A stretch of 64,000 bases of DNA. Source: Chamaesiphon sp. Lineage in GTDB: Bacteria > Cyanobacteriota > Cyanobacteriia > Cyanobacteriales > Chamaesiphonaceae. The notes under the pieces were generated by a model that saw only the letters and a program-made list of their open reading frames with translations, was not told the DNA's origin and searched no databases. Position 1 is the first letter of the stretch. Each line of letters starts with the position of its first letter. The position numbers and the translations under genes were made by a program. The stretch covers positions 142,684 to 206,683 of the forward strand of contig CBDFFH010000047.1 of assembly GCA_965246715.1 (NCBI GenBank). Reading direction: 5' to 3'. Of this stretch, positions 53,745 through 64,000 are shown in pieces.

Positions 53745-53868
53745 CGGTAATCCTTCCGTCAAACTGGCATTAATTTTATCCTCTGGTAAAAGAGACAGCA
53801 GCGAGATCTAACTTACAATACAGATGCAGCGTACTTCATAAATTATCTGTTTCCTAAAGTTTGAGATA

Positions 53869-54833
53869 TAGCAACCGCCAAGGCGGTTAGGACGCTTTGC
53901 TGAGAATATCTTCCATTGCATCTCGAAGACAGGGAAATTTATCCATTTGCTTGCGGATGCGGCTTTTGAGCCATGACCAGCATCGCTCAATCTTGTTGAG
54001 ATCTGGCGAATAAGGTGCAAGATATAATAAGTGGCATCCTGCTGCTTCAATTATTTCTTGAATCCGTCCACCTTTATGAAAGGTAGCGTTGTCTGCTATT
54101 ATTACCTGTCCAGCTTTTAATATTGGGACTAAACAAGTCTCTAGCCAGATTTCAAATACGCTACGGTTACAAGCTCCTTCTACAGTAAATGGTGCTAATA
54201 ATTGTCCATTACACCAAGCTGCAATCATATTAATTCTCCCGCCTCTTTTTCCACTTTTCAGTGCCTCAAACCTTTTCCCTATCTCATTATATCCATAGCC
54301 ATATTCATCTCTATTGTCCATTCCTGCTTCATCTATATAGACTTGCTCTTCTCGGCTATATTTAGCTAGCTCTTCCTTAAATTCTCTTCTTTTTTCTTCA
54401 TCCCTTTCTCGATACCCATAAGTTTTTTTTTACGACTAAATCCAATTTTCTTTAAGGCTCTTGAGATTGTTCGGTCACTAATTGGTATCTCCCATAATTT
54501 AGCCATTTCTTCTTGAGTTTTATCCCCATTTGCTCTCACAAATTCTTTGAATCTTTCCCAGTCTGTAATTTTATGTCCATTTCCTCTTGGCTCATTTGGT
54601 TTTGCTTGATAATCTCCGGTCTTGGCGAGTTGCGCTAGCCACAAGTGAATTGTATTTCGACTGACTTGAAATACCTGTGCTGCCTCACTTTTTTTCATCC
54701 CATCTAGCTCAATTGCTTCGATTACTCTTTGACGTAAGTCGTAACTATATGGCTTTGGCATCATTCAGTATTTACTCAGGGCTTGCTTGTCTATTATCCG
54801 CTCTTACTGTCTTAACCGCCTTGGCGGTTGCTA
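53869..54833 (-). mobile_element. IS630 family insertion sequence (965 bp)
   Basis: 25-bp IR TAGCAACCGCCAAGGCGGTTA(G/A)GAC with one mismatch; TA duplicated at 53867-53868 and 54834-54835. Confidence 0.93.
53887..54761 (-). CDS. IS630 transposase, two ORFs joined by a -1 frameshift at A9 (54423-54431)
   Basis: orfA MPKPYSYDLRQRV (HTH); shifted frame KKTYGYRERDEEKR..YIDEAG..DNATFH..YSPDLNKIE. Confidence 0.9.
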
Positions 54834-54842
54834 TAACTCGAT

Positions 54843-54866
54843 TCCGCAAAGCGGACGCTATGCGAA
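54843..54866. repeat. 24-nt small dispersed repeat in a split CGATCG
   Basis: CGAT-TCCGCAAAGCGGACGCTATGCGAA-CG. Confidence 0.6.
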
Positions 54867-54867
54867 C

Positions 54868-56595
54868 GTGAAAACTTCCTTCCTCCTCGGTACTACAACT
54901 CTCGCCCTCGTCTGCCTCGTTGATGCCGCTATCGCCCAGACTCCAGCCGAAATCGCCACCATTGCCAAAGCCGTTACCGTCGAAATCGACCTCACCCAAA
55001 ACAAATCGATCGGTTCGGGCGTTATCGTCCATAAGCAAGGCGATGTCTATACCATGCTCACCAATCGTCACGTCGTCTGCCCTGGTAAGCCTGCTTGCTC
55101 CGCACCCTTAGCTAAAGAAACCTTCCAATTGAAATTTGGTAACGGTAGCTCCCTGAAAGTCCCCGCTACTGCCGTCAAGATTTTGGGTAAAGATCTCGAT
55201 CTGGCAATGATTCAGTTTAGGAGTAGTAGCAATCTCCAAATTGCTAAAATCGCGCCACTAGGTAGCCTCAAGGTGAAGGATCGCGTTTATACATCGGGTT
55301 ATCCTCTAGAGCCACGCGGCTATTCGTTTAATAGTGGAAGCGCGATCGCGGTGGTCAACAAACGCCTGACTGATGACAGAGGGGGTTATACAGTAGTCTA
55401 TAATGCCGAAACACAACCAGGGATGAGCGGTGGCGGGGTATTCGATAAAAATGGTCGCATCGTCGCCATCCACGGACAAGGGGAGAGATATCGGGACAAT
55501 ACCGAGTTACCAGATACTTCTAAATCGGGTGCGAGCTATAGCCGTGCGGAGGTAGGCAGCAAAATCGGACTCAATCGAGGAATTCCCGTGCGCTGGGTAG
55601 TTGAGCGTTTAGCCCAACAGGGGATAAGATTAGGCGATCGAGATCCAGTCACCCCAGCATCCGCAGCCGTAACTAATACTGCCGACGAATACTTTATTGC
55701 CGGATTTAATAAATTAGTCGAACCAGGCAGCGATATTCGAGCTGGCAAACAGCAAGCAATCCAAGCATTTAGTCAGGCGATTCGCCTCAACCCTCGCTAT
55801 GCAACCACCTACTTTTCGAGGGCTGTCACATACGCTCAGTTAAAGGAATATCTGCTTGCTCTAGCTGACTACAACCAAGCCATCGCCCTCAATCCGAACT
55901 TTGCACCTGCCTACTACAATCGCGCAATTCTGAAGCAAGAAAAACTCAACGATCCTCAAGGTGCGCTCGCTGACTACAACCAAGCCATCGCCCTCAATCC
56001 GAACTTTGCACCTGCCTACTACAATCGTGCAATTCTGAAGCAAGATAAACTCAACGATCTGCAAGGTGCGCTCGCTGACTACAACCAAGCCATTGCCCTC
56101 GATCCGAACGATGTAACAGCCTACAACAATCGCGCAAATCTAAAAAAAAATAAACTCAACGATTCTCAAGGTGCGCTCGCTGACTACAACCGTGCGCTCG
56201 CCCTCAATCCGAACAATGTAACAGCCTACAACAATCGCGCAAATCTAAAAAAAGATAAACTCAACGATTCTCAAGGTGCGTTTGCTGACTACAACCAAGC
56301 CATCGCCCTCAATCCGAACTATGCAACAGCCTACAATAATCGCGGACTGCTGAAGACAGACAAACTCAACGATCCTCAAGGTGCGCTCGCTGACTACAAC
56401 CGCGCGATCTCCCTCAATCCACAATATGTAAATGCCTATGCAGCCAGAGGAATATTGAAATATGAAAAATTGAGCGATCGATCTGGTGGGATTACTGATG
56501 TGCAAACAGCAGCTCGTTTAGCCAAGGCACAGGGCAATACTCAAGTTTTAAATCTTGCCCTTCAAGCCCTGCAATCTTGGGGTGTAAAGGAGTAA
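54868..56595 (+). CDS. Exported trypsin-like serine protease with TPR repeats
   Basis: GTG start then signal peptide; TNRHVV, DLDLA, PGMSGG triad motifs; 35-aa TPR units. Confidence 0.92.
   Translation: MKTSFLLGTTTLALVCLVDAAIAQTPAEIATIAKAVTVEIDLTQNKSIGSGVIVHKQGDVYTMLTNRHVVCPGKPACSAPLAKETFQLKFGNGSSLKVPATAVKILGKDLDLAMIQFRSSSNLQIAKIAPLGSLKVKDRVYTSGYPLEPRGYSFNSGSAIAVVNKRLTDDRGGYTVVYNAETQPGMSGGGVFDKNGRIVAIHGQGERYRDNTELPDTSKSGASYSRAEVGSKIGLNRGIPVRWVVERLAQQGIRLGDRDPVTPASAAVTNTADEYFIAGFNKLVEPGSDIRAGKQQAIQAFSQAIRLNPRYATTYFSRAVTYAQLKEYLLALADYNQAIALNPNFAPAYYNRAILKQEKLNDPQGALADYNQAIALNPNFAPAYYNRAILKQDKLNDLQGALADYNQAIALDPNDVTAYNNRANLKKNKLNDSQGALADYNRALALNPNNVTAYNNRANLKKDKLNDSQGAFADYNQAIALNPNYATAYNNRGLLKTDKLNDPQGALADYNRAISLNPQYVNAYAARGILKYEKLSDRSGGITDVQTAARLAKAQGNTQVLNLALQALQSWGVKE
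55864..56420 (+). repeat. 105-bp intragenic tandem repeat (5 full units plus a partial one)
   Basis: GCTGACTACAACC at 55864, 55969, 56074, 56179, 56284, 56389. Confidence 0.92.
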
Positions 56596-57012
56596 TGCGG
56601 TTTTGGAGTGGATGTCTCAATGCTATTGCAATTAATTTCCGATACTCGATCGATTCTAACCCACATTCCGCTAGTTGAAGCGATCGGAAAATAATTAAAA
56701 CGAAGCCATAGGATCGTAGCCGTCATATTCTCAATAAGCTCAGACTATTGAGAACAATCTTTCGATCGCCAAAAACAGGCTAAATCGCTAGAATGATTGA
56801 TGTGAAAGGATTCTGAATCTTATTATTTTTTAGGCGATCGAACTAGCGGAATGTGGGTTCTAAAGATTGAGCGACTATATTTGCAACGCGATCGACCAAA
56901 TGTGATAGGGTTTCGTGGCACTATTGTAGAACTCCTGCGAAGGTAAATCCCCAATCTCGTTCGGTACTGTTTCGATCGATAATAGTTGCTATTCTCTATC
57001 CCCTAACTCGCC

Positions 57013-57957
57013 GTGCAACTTCAAAACATCATCATCGTTCATAAAGCTGGAGATCGCGGGAGCAAAAGTCTTGCCGAAAAGTGTGCCAAACAACTAGAAC
57101 AACGGGGTTGTGATGTACTGATGGGTCCGAGCGGAGCCAAAGATAACCCATATCCCGTATTTTTGGCATCTACTAGTAAACCGATCGATCTGGCGATCGT
57201 GTTGGGCGGTGATGGCACGGCACTAGGCGCAGCGCGAAATTTATCCGTTGCTGGTGTGCCGATTTTAGCGGTAAATGTTGGCGGTCATTTGGGATTTCTG
57301 ACCGAACCATTGGAGTTATTTAATACTGAAGCGGATGGAGAAACGGTCTGGGATCGATTAGCCGGAGATCGTTATGCGATCGAGCGACGGATGATGCTTC
57401 AGGCGCATTTGTTTGATGGCAACAGTCGCGAGGTCGTACCCGAGAGTGAGATGTTTCTGGCGCTCAATGATATGTGTATCAAGCCTGCGGCTGCCGATCG
57501 GATGTTAACATCTTTTCTGGAGATGGAAATCGATGGCGAACTAATCGATCGGTACCAAGGTGATGGGTTGATTATTGCTACGCCGACAGGTTCTACTTGT
57601 TATAATCTCTCTGCTAATGGGCCGATTGTTCACTCCGGAATTGCCGCAATCTCGATCGCGCCGATTTGCCCCTTGAGCCTCTCCAGTCGCCCGATCGTGA
57701 TCCCACCCGGTTCGACGGTCAGTATCTGGCCGTTAGGCGATTACGAACTCAATACCAAGCTCTGGAATGATGGCGTTCTCGCTACCTCAATTTGGCCGGG
57801 ACAACGGGTAGACGTGCGGATGGCCGACTGTCAGGCAAAGTTTATCATTCTCCGCGATAATTACTCCTATTATCAGACGCTGCGCGAAAAACTGTTGTGG
57901 GCGGGTTCGCGCATTCGGTTCGAGCCGCGCAGCACCAAAAAATCCAGCGATAATTAG
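57013..57957 (+). CDS. nadK: NAD(+) kinase
   Basis: LGGDGT, GHLGFL, ALND, DGLIIATPTGSTCY. Confidence 0.95.
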   Translation: MQLQNIIIVHKAGDRGSKSLAEKCAKQLEQRGCDVLMGPSGAKDNPYPVFLASTSKPIDLAIVLGGDGTALGAARNLSVAGVPILAVNVGGHLGFLTEPLELFNTEADGETVWDRLAGDRYAIERRMMLQAHLFDGNSREVVPESEMFLALNDMCIKPAAADRMLTSFLEMEIDGELIDRYQGDGLIIATPTGSTCYNLSANGPIVHSGIAAISIAPICPLSLSSRPIVIPPGSTVSIWPLGDYELNTKLWNDGVLATSIWPGQRVDVRMADCQAKFIILRDNYSYYQTLREKLLWAGSRIRFEPRSTKKSSDN

Positions 57958-58793
57958 TCATCCTGGAGCGGCACCCTGTCTGTTACTGTACCAAATGTGT
58001 AAGACTATCGACTCACCCAAAATAATGATTTGTAAATTACAATTCAGGAGGTGACGAGAGATTTCGAGATGCACGTACTATAAATTGCCAGAAAACTGCT
58101 AAGTTCAGCAAATTAACGCACACTTGTGCTACTAAATCGGGTGGGCAAAGTGAAACTAAACAGTTAGACTATGGATGTGAGCGCATTAACTAATTGCTCT
58201 ATCCTATATTCACCTGAGGTTTTAGTTAGATATTTACTTATTTAAGTCGAACTTCTATCCAAGCAAATACGTCTTGATAACTCGATCGATCGATAGTATT
58301 ACTATTTGTGATTCGAGCCTCAATACAGCTAACTGAATATCGCCCGTTGAATAATAATATTTAACATTATTTCGGGAAGTTCCCAGCCTCGGCTGGTGAA
58401 CTTTTAGTGAGGTGTACTTCTAAATGGAAACATTATAGGTACGATCTCTCTAAGTGACCCGACTTATGAGAGTGTACCGACCATAATTTGATATTTTTAT
58501 TAACAATCGAAACTGGCACAAATTTTAATAAGAGCTACAATCAAAAAGGTTTTCCTCGCAGCGAGCGGTTTGTCTAAATACGAAGCTTGTGCGTCAACTG
58601 GCATCGTTCGGGGGAGTCTAGAGGAGATTGGGGAAGATTGATTGCTTACTCTTTCAGGCAAGTAAATCGATTTAGAGCAAACACTAGAGACCGTCTGGCA
58701 TTTTTGAAGATATGTAAATAACCCAGCTATTGTCTGCTTAATTATAGTACCCACATTATTTGTTGTTATAGATAGGAGTAAGAGGACTCACAC

Positions 58794-59936
58794 ATGACCC
58801 AGGCTAAAAACATGCTCGCAACCCTAACGACTAAAGACTCCGACACCGAGTTAGAACTACTAATCGACGAAGATGTTGATGCCGATGATTTTACTGCGGA
58901 CACAGACGGTGAATCTGATGTCGAAGAGGAGGATGGCAAGCCAGGGAAGGTGAAATCCTCCCGCCGTCGCATTCAAACCAAGAAAAAGCAATTTACCGAA
59001 GACTCGATTCGGCTCTATCTCCAAGAAATCGGGCGAATTCGCCTCCTCCGTGCTGATGAAGAAATCGAACTCGCCCGGAAAATCGCCGATCTACTCGAAC
59101 TCGAACGGATGCGGGAAAAACTCCTCAACGATCTCGATCGCGAACCCCACGATCGGGAGTGGGCTGAGGTTGCAGCGATGCCACTCAATCAGTTTCGCCA
59201 TCGGCTATTTTTAGGTCGCCGCGCCAAAGATAAGATGGTGCAATCGAACCTCCGACTGGTAGTTTCGATCGCCAAAAAGTATATGAATCGCGGTCTATCC
59301 TTCCAAGATTTGATTCAGGAAGGCAGTCTGGGGCTGATCCGCGCGGCGGAGAAGTTCGATCATGAGAAAGGTTATAAATTCTCGACTTATGCCACTTGGT
59401 GGATTCGTCAAGCCATTACCCGCGCCATCGCCGATCAATCGCGGACGATTCGCCTCCCCGTCCACTTGTACGAAACGATCTCGCGGATCAAAAAAACCAC
59501 TAAATTACTCTCTCAAGAAATGGGTCGCAAACCCACTGAGGAAGAAATTGCTACTCGGATGGAAATGACGATCGAAAAACTGCGGTTTATCGCTAAATCT
59601 GCCCAGTTACCGATCTCGCTGGAAACCCCCATCGGTAAAGAAGAAGATTCTCGCCTCGGTGACTTTATCGAAGCTGACGGCGAAATGCCCGAAGATCAAG
59701 TATCGAAGAGTTTGCTACGTGAAGATTTGGAGGGCGTACTCGATACATTAAGCCCACGCGAACGCGATGTTTTACGCCTGCGCTATGGTTTGGACGACGG
59801 ACGGATGAAAACATTAGAAGAAATCGGTCAGATCTTCAACGTCACGCGCGAACGCATTCGTCAAATAGAGGCTAAAGCCCTCCGCAAACTTCGTCATCCT
59901 AATCGTAATAGTATTCTTAAAGAGTATATTCGTTAG
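58794..59936 (+). CDS. sigA: Primary (group 1) sigma factor
   Basis: [61 protein letters not shown]. Confidence 0.97.
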   Translation: MTQAKNMLATLTTKDSDTELELLIDEDVDADDFTADTDGESDVEEEDGKPGKVKSSRRRIQTKKKQFTEDSIRLYLQEIGRIRLLRADEEIELARKIADLLELERMREKLLNDLDREPHDREWAEVAAMPLNQFRHRLFLGRRAKDKMVQSNLRLVVSIAKKYMNRGLSFQDLIQEGSLGLIRAAEKFDHEKGYKFSTYATWWIRQAITRAIADQSRTIRLPVHLYETISRIKKTTKLLSQEMGRKPTEEEIATRMEMTIEKLRFIAKSAQLPISLETPIGKEEDSRLGDFIEADGEMPEDQVSKSLLREDLEGVLDTLSPRERDVLRLRYGLDDGRMKTLEEIGQIFNVTRERIRQIEAKALRKLRHPNRNSILKEYIR

Positions 59937-59966
59937 ATATCTAACAACAGCCCAACTGGTTGGGGC

Positions 59967-60000
59967 ATATCCCCAACTTCTTCAAAGAAGTCGGGGATAT
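59967..60000. repeat. Short palindromic repeat (copy 1 of 2)
   Basis: ATATCCCCAACTTCTT-CA-AAGAAGTCGGGGATAT. Confidence 0.75.
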
Positions 60001-60039
60001 CGCAGAAATGTGGTTTAGTAAATTTAGACCCCTCTGCGG

Positions 60040-61014
60040 CTAAGTTTGTACTTTAAATTCATCCGGATACATTCCCCAATTTACCCAAGAGATCGCTACT
60101 TCAGCAGTTTCCATCTCTGGCGGTACGCGCAATACATGAATATGTGCGGTACTCGGACAAGTCATCTTGAGTAACACGATCGATTCTTCATCGACATCGG
60201 CATCAATTTTTAGCAACGTATACTCCCGCCAAGTGTCTAATTCGATAAATTCTAGATTAGATAATTGATTGATAGTATTTGGTAATTCTGAAATGTAATT
60301 ACTAGTTATTTGCAGGCAAACTAAATTAGCTAATTCACCAATACTATCTGGCAAATGAACGATCCCATTCTCGTACAAACACAACGATTTCAATTGTATT
60401 AAATTACCAATTGCGTCTGGTAGATATGATAGTTGATAGTTGGAACTTAACTTAAGATCTTCTAGTTTAGAAAGCTTTCCGATTGCATCTGGAATACTAG
60501 TGATTTTAGATTTAGAGATCGTGAGTTCTCTTAATTTAGATAGAGCGCCAATCTTATCTGGTAAGTGCTCAAGATTTTTGCAGCGAGTCAAATCTAGTAC
60601 CTCTAAATTAATTAGCTTACCAATATTTTCAGGGAGTGTTACTAAAGGATTTTTGTCTAAACCCAGACGTTTTAAACTTGATAGACTTCCTATACTATCC
60701 GGCAAATCTCTAAGTCTGTTGTCTGTAATTTGTAATAAGTTAAGGTTGCTTAAATTTCCGATAGTAAGTGGTAAGTATTTAATACTAGTGCCTATGATAA
60801 ATAGTTCTTCTAATTTAATTAGATTGCCAATGCTGTCGGGTAATTCTGCGACTCTAATTCCTGCTATTTTTAATGTTTGTAAGTTAGTTACTTGACCGAT
60901 AATATCTGGAATGCGATTGATATCAAAATAGTTGAGTTCGAGCGATGTAGCGTTACGCTCGATCGCATCAATAATCAACTTCTCTACTTTTGCCGCAGAC
61001 AGTTCGGTAGACAT
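60040..61014 (-). CDS. Leucine-rich repeat protein with conserved cyanobacterial C-terminal domain (DUF6745-like)
   Basis: About ten LPDSIGNLxxLxxL repeats then WREYTLLKID..LLKMTCPST..VLRVPP..WVNWG..F.VQT; start ATG 61014. Confidence 0.9.
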   Translation of the reverse strand: MSTELSAAKVEKLIIDAIERNATSLELNYFDINRIPDIIGQVTNLQTLKIAGIRVAELPDSIGNLIKLEELFIIGTSIKYLPLTIGNLSNLNLLQITDNRLRDLPDSIGSLSSLKRLGLDKNPLVTLPENIGKLINLEVLDLTRCKNLEHLPDKIGALSKLRELTISKSKITSIPDAIGKLSKLEDLKLSSNYQLSYLPDAIGNLIQLKSLCLYENGIVHLPDSIGELANLVCLQITSNYISELPNTINQLSNLEFIELDTWREYTLLKIDADVDEESIVLLKMTCPSTAHIHVLRVPPEMETAEVAISWVNWGMYPDEFKVQT

Positions 61015-61085
61015 CAAATATTCATTCCTAAACAATCGATTATCTCTAGTATTGACACAACTCGATCGAAAATAACTACTAAAAA

Positions 61086-61120
61086 CATATCCCCAACTTC
61101 TCGAAGAAGTCAGGGACATG
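61086..61120. repeat. Short palindromic repeat (copy 2 of 2)
   Basis: CATATCCCCAACTTCT-CGA-AGAAGTCAGGGACATG. Confidence 0.7.
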
Positions 61121-61146
61121 TAGAGCAGGTAGTTAAATAAATCTAT

Positions 61147-62745
61147 TTACTTATTTACCCAAGACACCTGAAGACTTCCAGGCTGGGCGAGATCGCCTGT
61201 GAAGACAACTCCGCGATCGTTAGCATAAAGATGGCGGAGAATCTTATAAATTGCTTCCACTCGATCGGGTGCGCCAGCTTTAGCAGCCAGTTCTGTCAGA
61301 GAAACCGGAGTTGTGAGTTCCTGCAATGCCTTCACCACATCGCTTTGCAACTGCAGGATGACAGCAGCAGCTTTTTTACCCGCTTCTACCCCTGGTTGGT
61401 GATAAGCATTGACGTGAATAATCGACGCATATAAGCCTACCGCCCGCTCATACAGAGCGATTAAAGCACCTACTGTCTTCGGCTCCACTACTGGAATCGT
61501 CACCGTCAACGAGTCACGTTGATTTTCATACAATGCTTGGCGGGTACCTTGGAGAAAACCAGACAGATAATCGCCACTAGTTACGCCAGGATCGATTTCG
61601 GGAGAGCTACCCTCGCGATCGTGCAAAACTTCGATAAACGTCAGAAAGAAATTGGCGACACCTTCGCGCAACTGTTGCACGTAAGCATGTTGATCGGTAG
61701 AGCCTTTATTCCCGTAGACGGCGATACCCTGATAGACTTTCTTGCCATCGAGATCGGTTTCTTTCCCGAGGGATTCCATCACCAATTGTTGAAGATAGCG
61801 GCTAAATAATAACAAACTATCTTTATAGGGCAAGACAACCATGTCTTTTTCCCCTTTGCCATTGCCCGATGCATACCAAGCTAGAGCGAGTAAAGCCGCA
61901 GGATTGGTTTTGAGATCGGGAATCCGTGTCGCGATATCCATCTCTCTCGCACCGTCTAGCATGGCATGAATATCAATGCCCTGAAGTGCTGCTGGTAATA
62001 ATCCCACTACCGATAATTCAGAAGTGCGTCCGCCAACCCAATCAGGCATCGGGAACCGCTCGATCCAGCCCTCAGACTCCGCCAATCGATCGAGTTGACT
62101 TCCAGTTCCGGTGACAGCTACCGCATAGGCCGGAAAATTGAGATTCTGAGCCTGATAAGCAGCCTGCACCTCAAGCATCCCGTTACGCGGCTCTGGAGTA
62201 CCTCCAGACTTGGAGATGACGATGACTAGCGTAGTTGCCAGCCGACTTTCGATGCGACTGAGGATGCGATCGATCCCCGCAGGATCGCTATTATCGATAA
62301 AGTGAATATTGAGGGGGGGTATAGTTGGAGCCAATGCTTCCGATGCAAATTGTGGCCCCAATGCCGAACCACCAATCCCGATCGAAATCAAATCGGTGAA
62401 TTTACCACCGTGGGGGGGATGAATTGCGCCAGAGTGGACTTTTTGGGCGAAAGTATCGATCTCCTCGATCGTTGAAGTAATCTCGGTACTAATTTCTGGA
62501 GTGGGCGCAAGACTTGGATTTCGCAACCAATAGTGTCCGACCATGCGATGTTCGTCAGGATTGGCAATCGCCCCCGCTTCTAAAGCTGCCATATCGGCAA
62601 ATGCTTTGACAAATTTGGGTTGCAGTTGGCTAACCAACGCATCATCGAATCGCATTCGGCTAATATCTAAGTACAAGCCTAACCCTGGGTGATAATACAA
62701 CCAATCTTGATATCGCTGCCATAGCAATGCACCTGCTGCCATCAC
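61147..62745 (-). CDS. pgi: Glucose-6-phosphate isomerase
   Basis: [35 protein letters not shown]. Confidence 0.97.
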   Translation of the reverse strand: MMAAGALLWQRYQDWLYYHPGLGLYLDISRMRFDDALVSQLQPKFVKAFADMAALEAGAIANPDEHRMVGHYWLRNPSLAPTPEISTEITSTIEEIDTFAQKVHSGAIHPPHGGKFTDLISIGIGGSALGPQFASEALAPTIPPLNIHFIDNSDPAGIDRILSRIESRLATTLVIVISKSGGTPEPRNGMLEVQAAYQAQNLNFPAYAVAVTGTGSQLDRLAESEGWIERFPMPDWVGGRTSELSVVGLLPAALQGIDIHAMLDGAREMDIATRIPDLKTNPAALLALAWYASGNGKGEKDMVVLPYKDSLLLFSRYLQQLVMESLGKETDLDGKKVYQGIAVYGNKGSTDQHAYVQQLREGVANFFLTFIEVLHDREGSSPEIDPGVTSGDYLSGFLQGTRQALYENQRDSLTVTIPVVEPKTVGALIALYERAVGLYASIIHVNAYHQPGVEAGKKAAAVILQLQSDVVKALQELTTPVSLTELAAKAGAPDRVEAIYKILRHLYANDRGVVFTGDLAQPGSLQVSWVNK

Positions 62746-62864
62746 TCAACCAACCTCTTAAATCTAAAAAATTCCACGGCGATCTCATTTGCCCTCTTAC
62801 TAAGATACCAGTCCGAAGCAGGTCAGGTTGGTATCTTTACATAAAAATTCGATCGTCTTGTATT

Positions 62865-63281
62865 TCAATGCGATGGCATGTTCTGCTTCGAGGTTTTATT
62901 CACCCCATTTTCTACTCTTGTGGAAGCCTCGAAATCCTCTTGTGTCGGTAAGTCCATCGCTAGAGCTAAGGCGATCGAAATCTTTTCCATCGAGAGACTG
63001 GAGAGACTACCTCTATATTCACCAAAACGAGATTTTGATAGAATTCTGACCTGTTCTGCTAAAGCGATAGAATCATTACTCAATCCCCCTTCTGGGCATA
63101 AATTAAACTTGAGTCACATAAACCTTTTTACTAGAACGATAGGTAGTACAGGGTACTGCTAATACTGTCGGGCTACTATATTAATTGAATTACGGCTCAC
63201 CACAATTACCGGACGAGATCCGCCTTGCTCGGACCCCTCTACCGGATCTAATCGCACATTATAAACATCTCCTCTTCTCAC
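62865..63281 (-). pseudogene. mazF: MazF/PemK family toxin with three 1-nt deletions
   Basis: Manual translation: MRRGDVYNVRLDPVEGSEQGGSRPVIVVSRNSIN / SSPTVLAVPCTTY..TQV / EGGLSNDSIALAEQVRILSK in shifting frames. Confidence 0.88.
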
Positions 63282-63554
63282 GATTGTTGCTCGATAGTTT
63301 GTAATGCCTCCCATTGAGCCATTGCAAACTCTGCTTCCATTTGCAGTACCTCGGCTTGGTACTCAGCATCTTGAGCCATCTGCGAGAGATCGGCATCAAT
63401 TTCTGCACGTCGAATTAGTGCCTAATTCTCTTTGAATTGCTCTAGCAATCAGCTCATTGCGGCTCTTTGCCTTGCCATCTGTCACTGCTCGATCTGTCGC
63501 TGCCAGTAATCCTGTAGGTAGAGCAATCGTCGTTCGGGTGGTGCCGTGCATCAT
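63278..63554 (-). pseudogene. CopG/RHH-type antitoxin with a 1-nt insertion
   Basis: TRTTIALPTGLLAATDRAV..KSRNELIARAIQREL / ALIRRAEIDADLSQMAQDAEYQAE..WEAL; stop overlaps the toxin start (GTGA). Confidence 0.82.
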
Positions 63555-63694
63555 AGTTGATGTCCAAAAGCTCATATAATCGATGACTTATTATACATCA
63601 ATAATTTTGTTGAGGATTGAAATCTCAAGCTTTTTGGTGTTTTCGATCCTAAATCGGTATTAAAATCGAGAATGTTAATCTTATTAGCACGATC

Positions 63695-64000
63695 GTGTTA
63701 TTTCTTGCCTTAAGTTGTCTTCAAGGGCGTGAGATGCAACCTGCGGCACAAGACCTAATTAACTTAGGTATAGATGGATTGCAACTAACCCCTGGCAATG
63801 CACCTACTAAAAACTTTCAACAATGGATCTCCGCACAAAAGATCGAAATCAGAACCCATCATGGATTTTGTTGGCATCGATTGAGGCAGATGGTTTGGGA
63901 TAATGATGGTGATTGTCTTGTGAGATCGCATTCGGTTCATCCACCTAAAATCGAAAGTGTAGCCAGTCGAATATGGAAACGCAAAGCAGAGCAAGGCGCA
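63695..64000 (+). CDS. Hypothetical protein, runs off the window end
   Basis: 102 open codons from GTG: MLFLALSCLQGREMQPAAQDLINLGIDGLQLTPGNAPT..HHGF..HSVHPP; missing from the ORF track because no stop is in the window. Confidence 0.65.
   Translation, partial: MLFLALSCLQGREMQPAAQDLINLGIDGLQLTPGNAPTKNFQQWISAQKIEIRTHHGFCWHRLRQMVWDNDGDCLVRSHSVHPPKIESVASRIWKRKAEQGA

Noticed and set aside
54787..54867. N-terminal extension of the protease ORF
   Set aside because: It translates the IS630 IR and a 24-nt repeat; the signal peptide starts at GTG 54868
55864..56420. Regular repeats as a CRISPR array or DGR template/variable pair
   Set aside because: Units are contiguous in-frame TPR codons with no spacers; differences are not limited to adenines; no cas or reverse transcriptase gene in the window
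57958..58793. Long sigA upstream region and its antisense ORF 58500-58754
   Set aside because: Long multi-promoter leaders are normal for sigA; no supportable gene or RNA structure seen
61015..61119. N-terminal extension of the LRR ORF
   Set aside because: Starts inside a palindromic repeat; ATG 61014 is more plausible
63785..63994. 69-aa minus-strand ORF
   Set aside because: Antisense to a longer, more protein-like plus-strand frame starting at 63695

Overview
Cyanobacterial chromosome segment (HIP1-type CGATCG palindromes throughout; photosynthesis genes; style resembles Chamaesiphon, which is an inference). Mostly housekeeping: mnmE, psaI, rubA-ycf48-psbEFLJ, typA, recJ-psbZ-ribH, prk/petH/trxA, tRNA-Arg(ACG), moaC, Yfr1 sRNA with guaB, ftn2, purH, NAD kinase, sigA, pgi. 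Accessory content: a RexT-like ArsR/thioredoxin/nitroreductase redox unit, a frameshifted PEP-CTERM gene, Uma2 plus a nucleotidyltransferase-like gene, a PIN-toxin TA pair, a frameshifted RHH/MazF pair, a NACHT-HEAT protein, a trypsin-TPR protein with 105-bp DNA repeats, an LRR protein, one IS4 and one IS630. The most unusual signal is non-coding: MITEs with two different end types carrying the same REP-like hairpin doublet, 24-nt elements that split CG^ATCG, a multi-level nested insertion stack at 22665-24612, a deletion scar joined at GATCGAG, and a probable ~4 kb inversion next to Yfr1. No CRISPR array, reverse transcriptase or complete novel multi-gene system could be supported. Family names come from motif recognition, not database searches.
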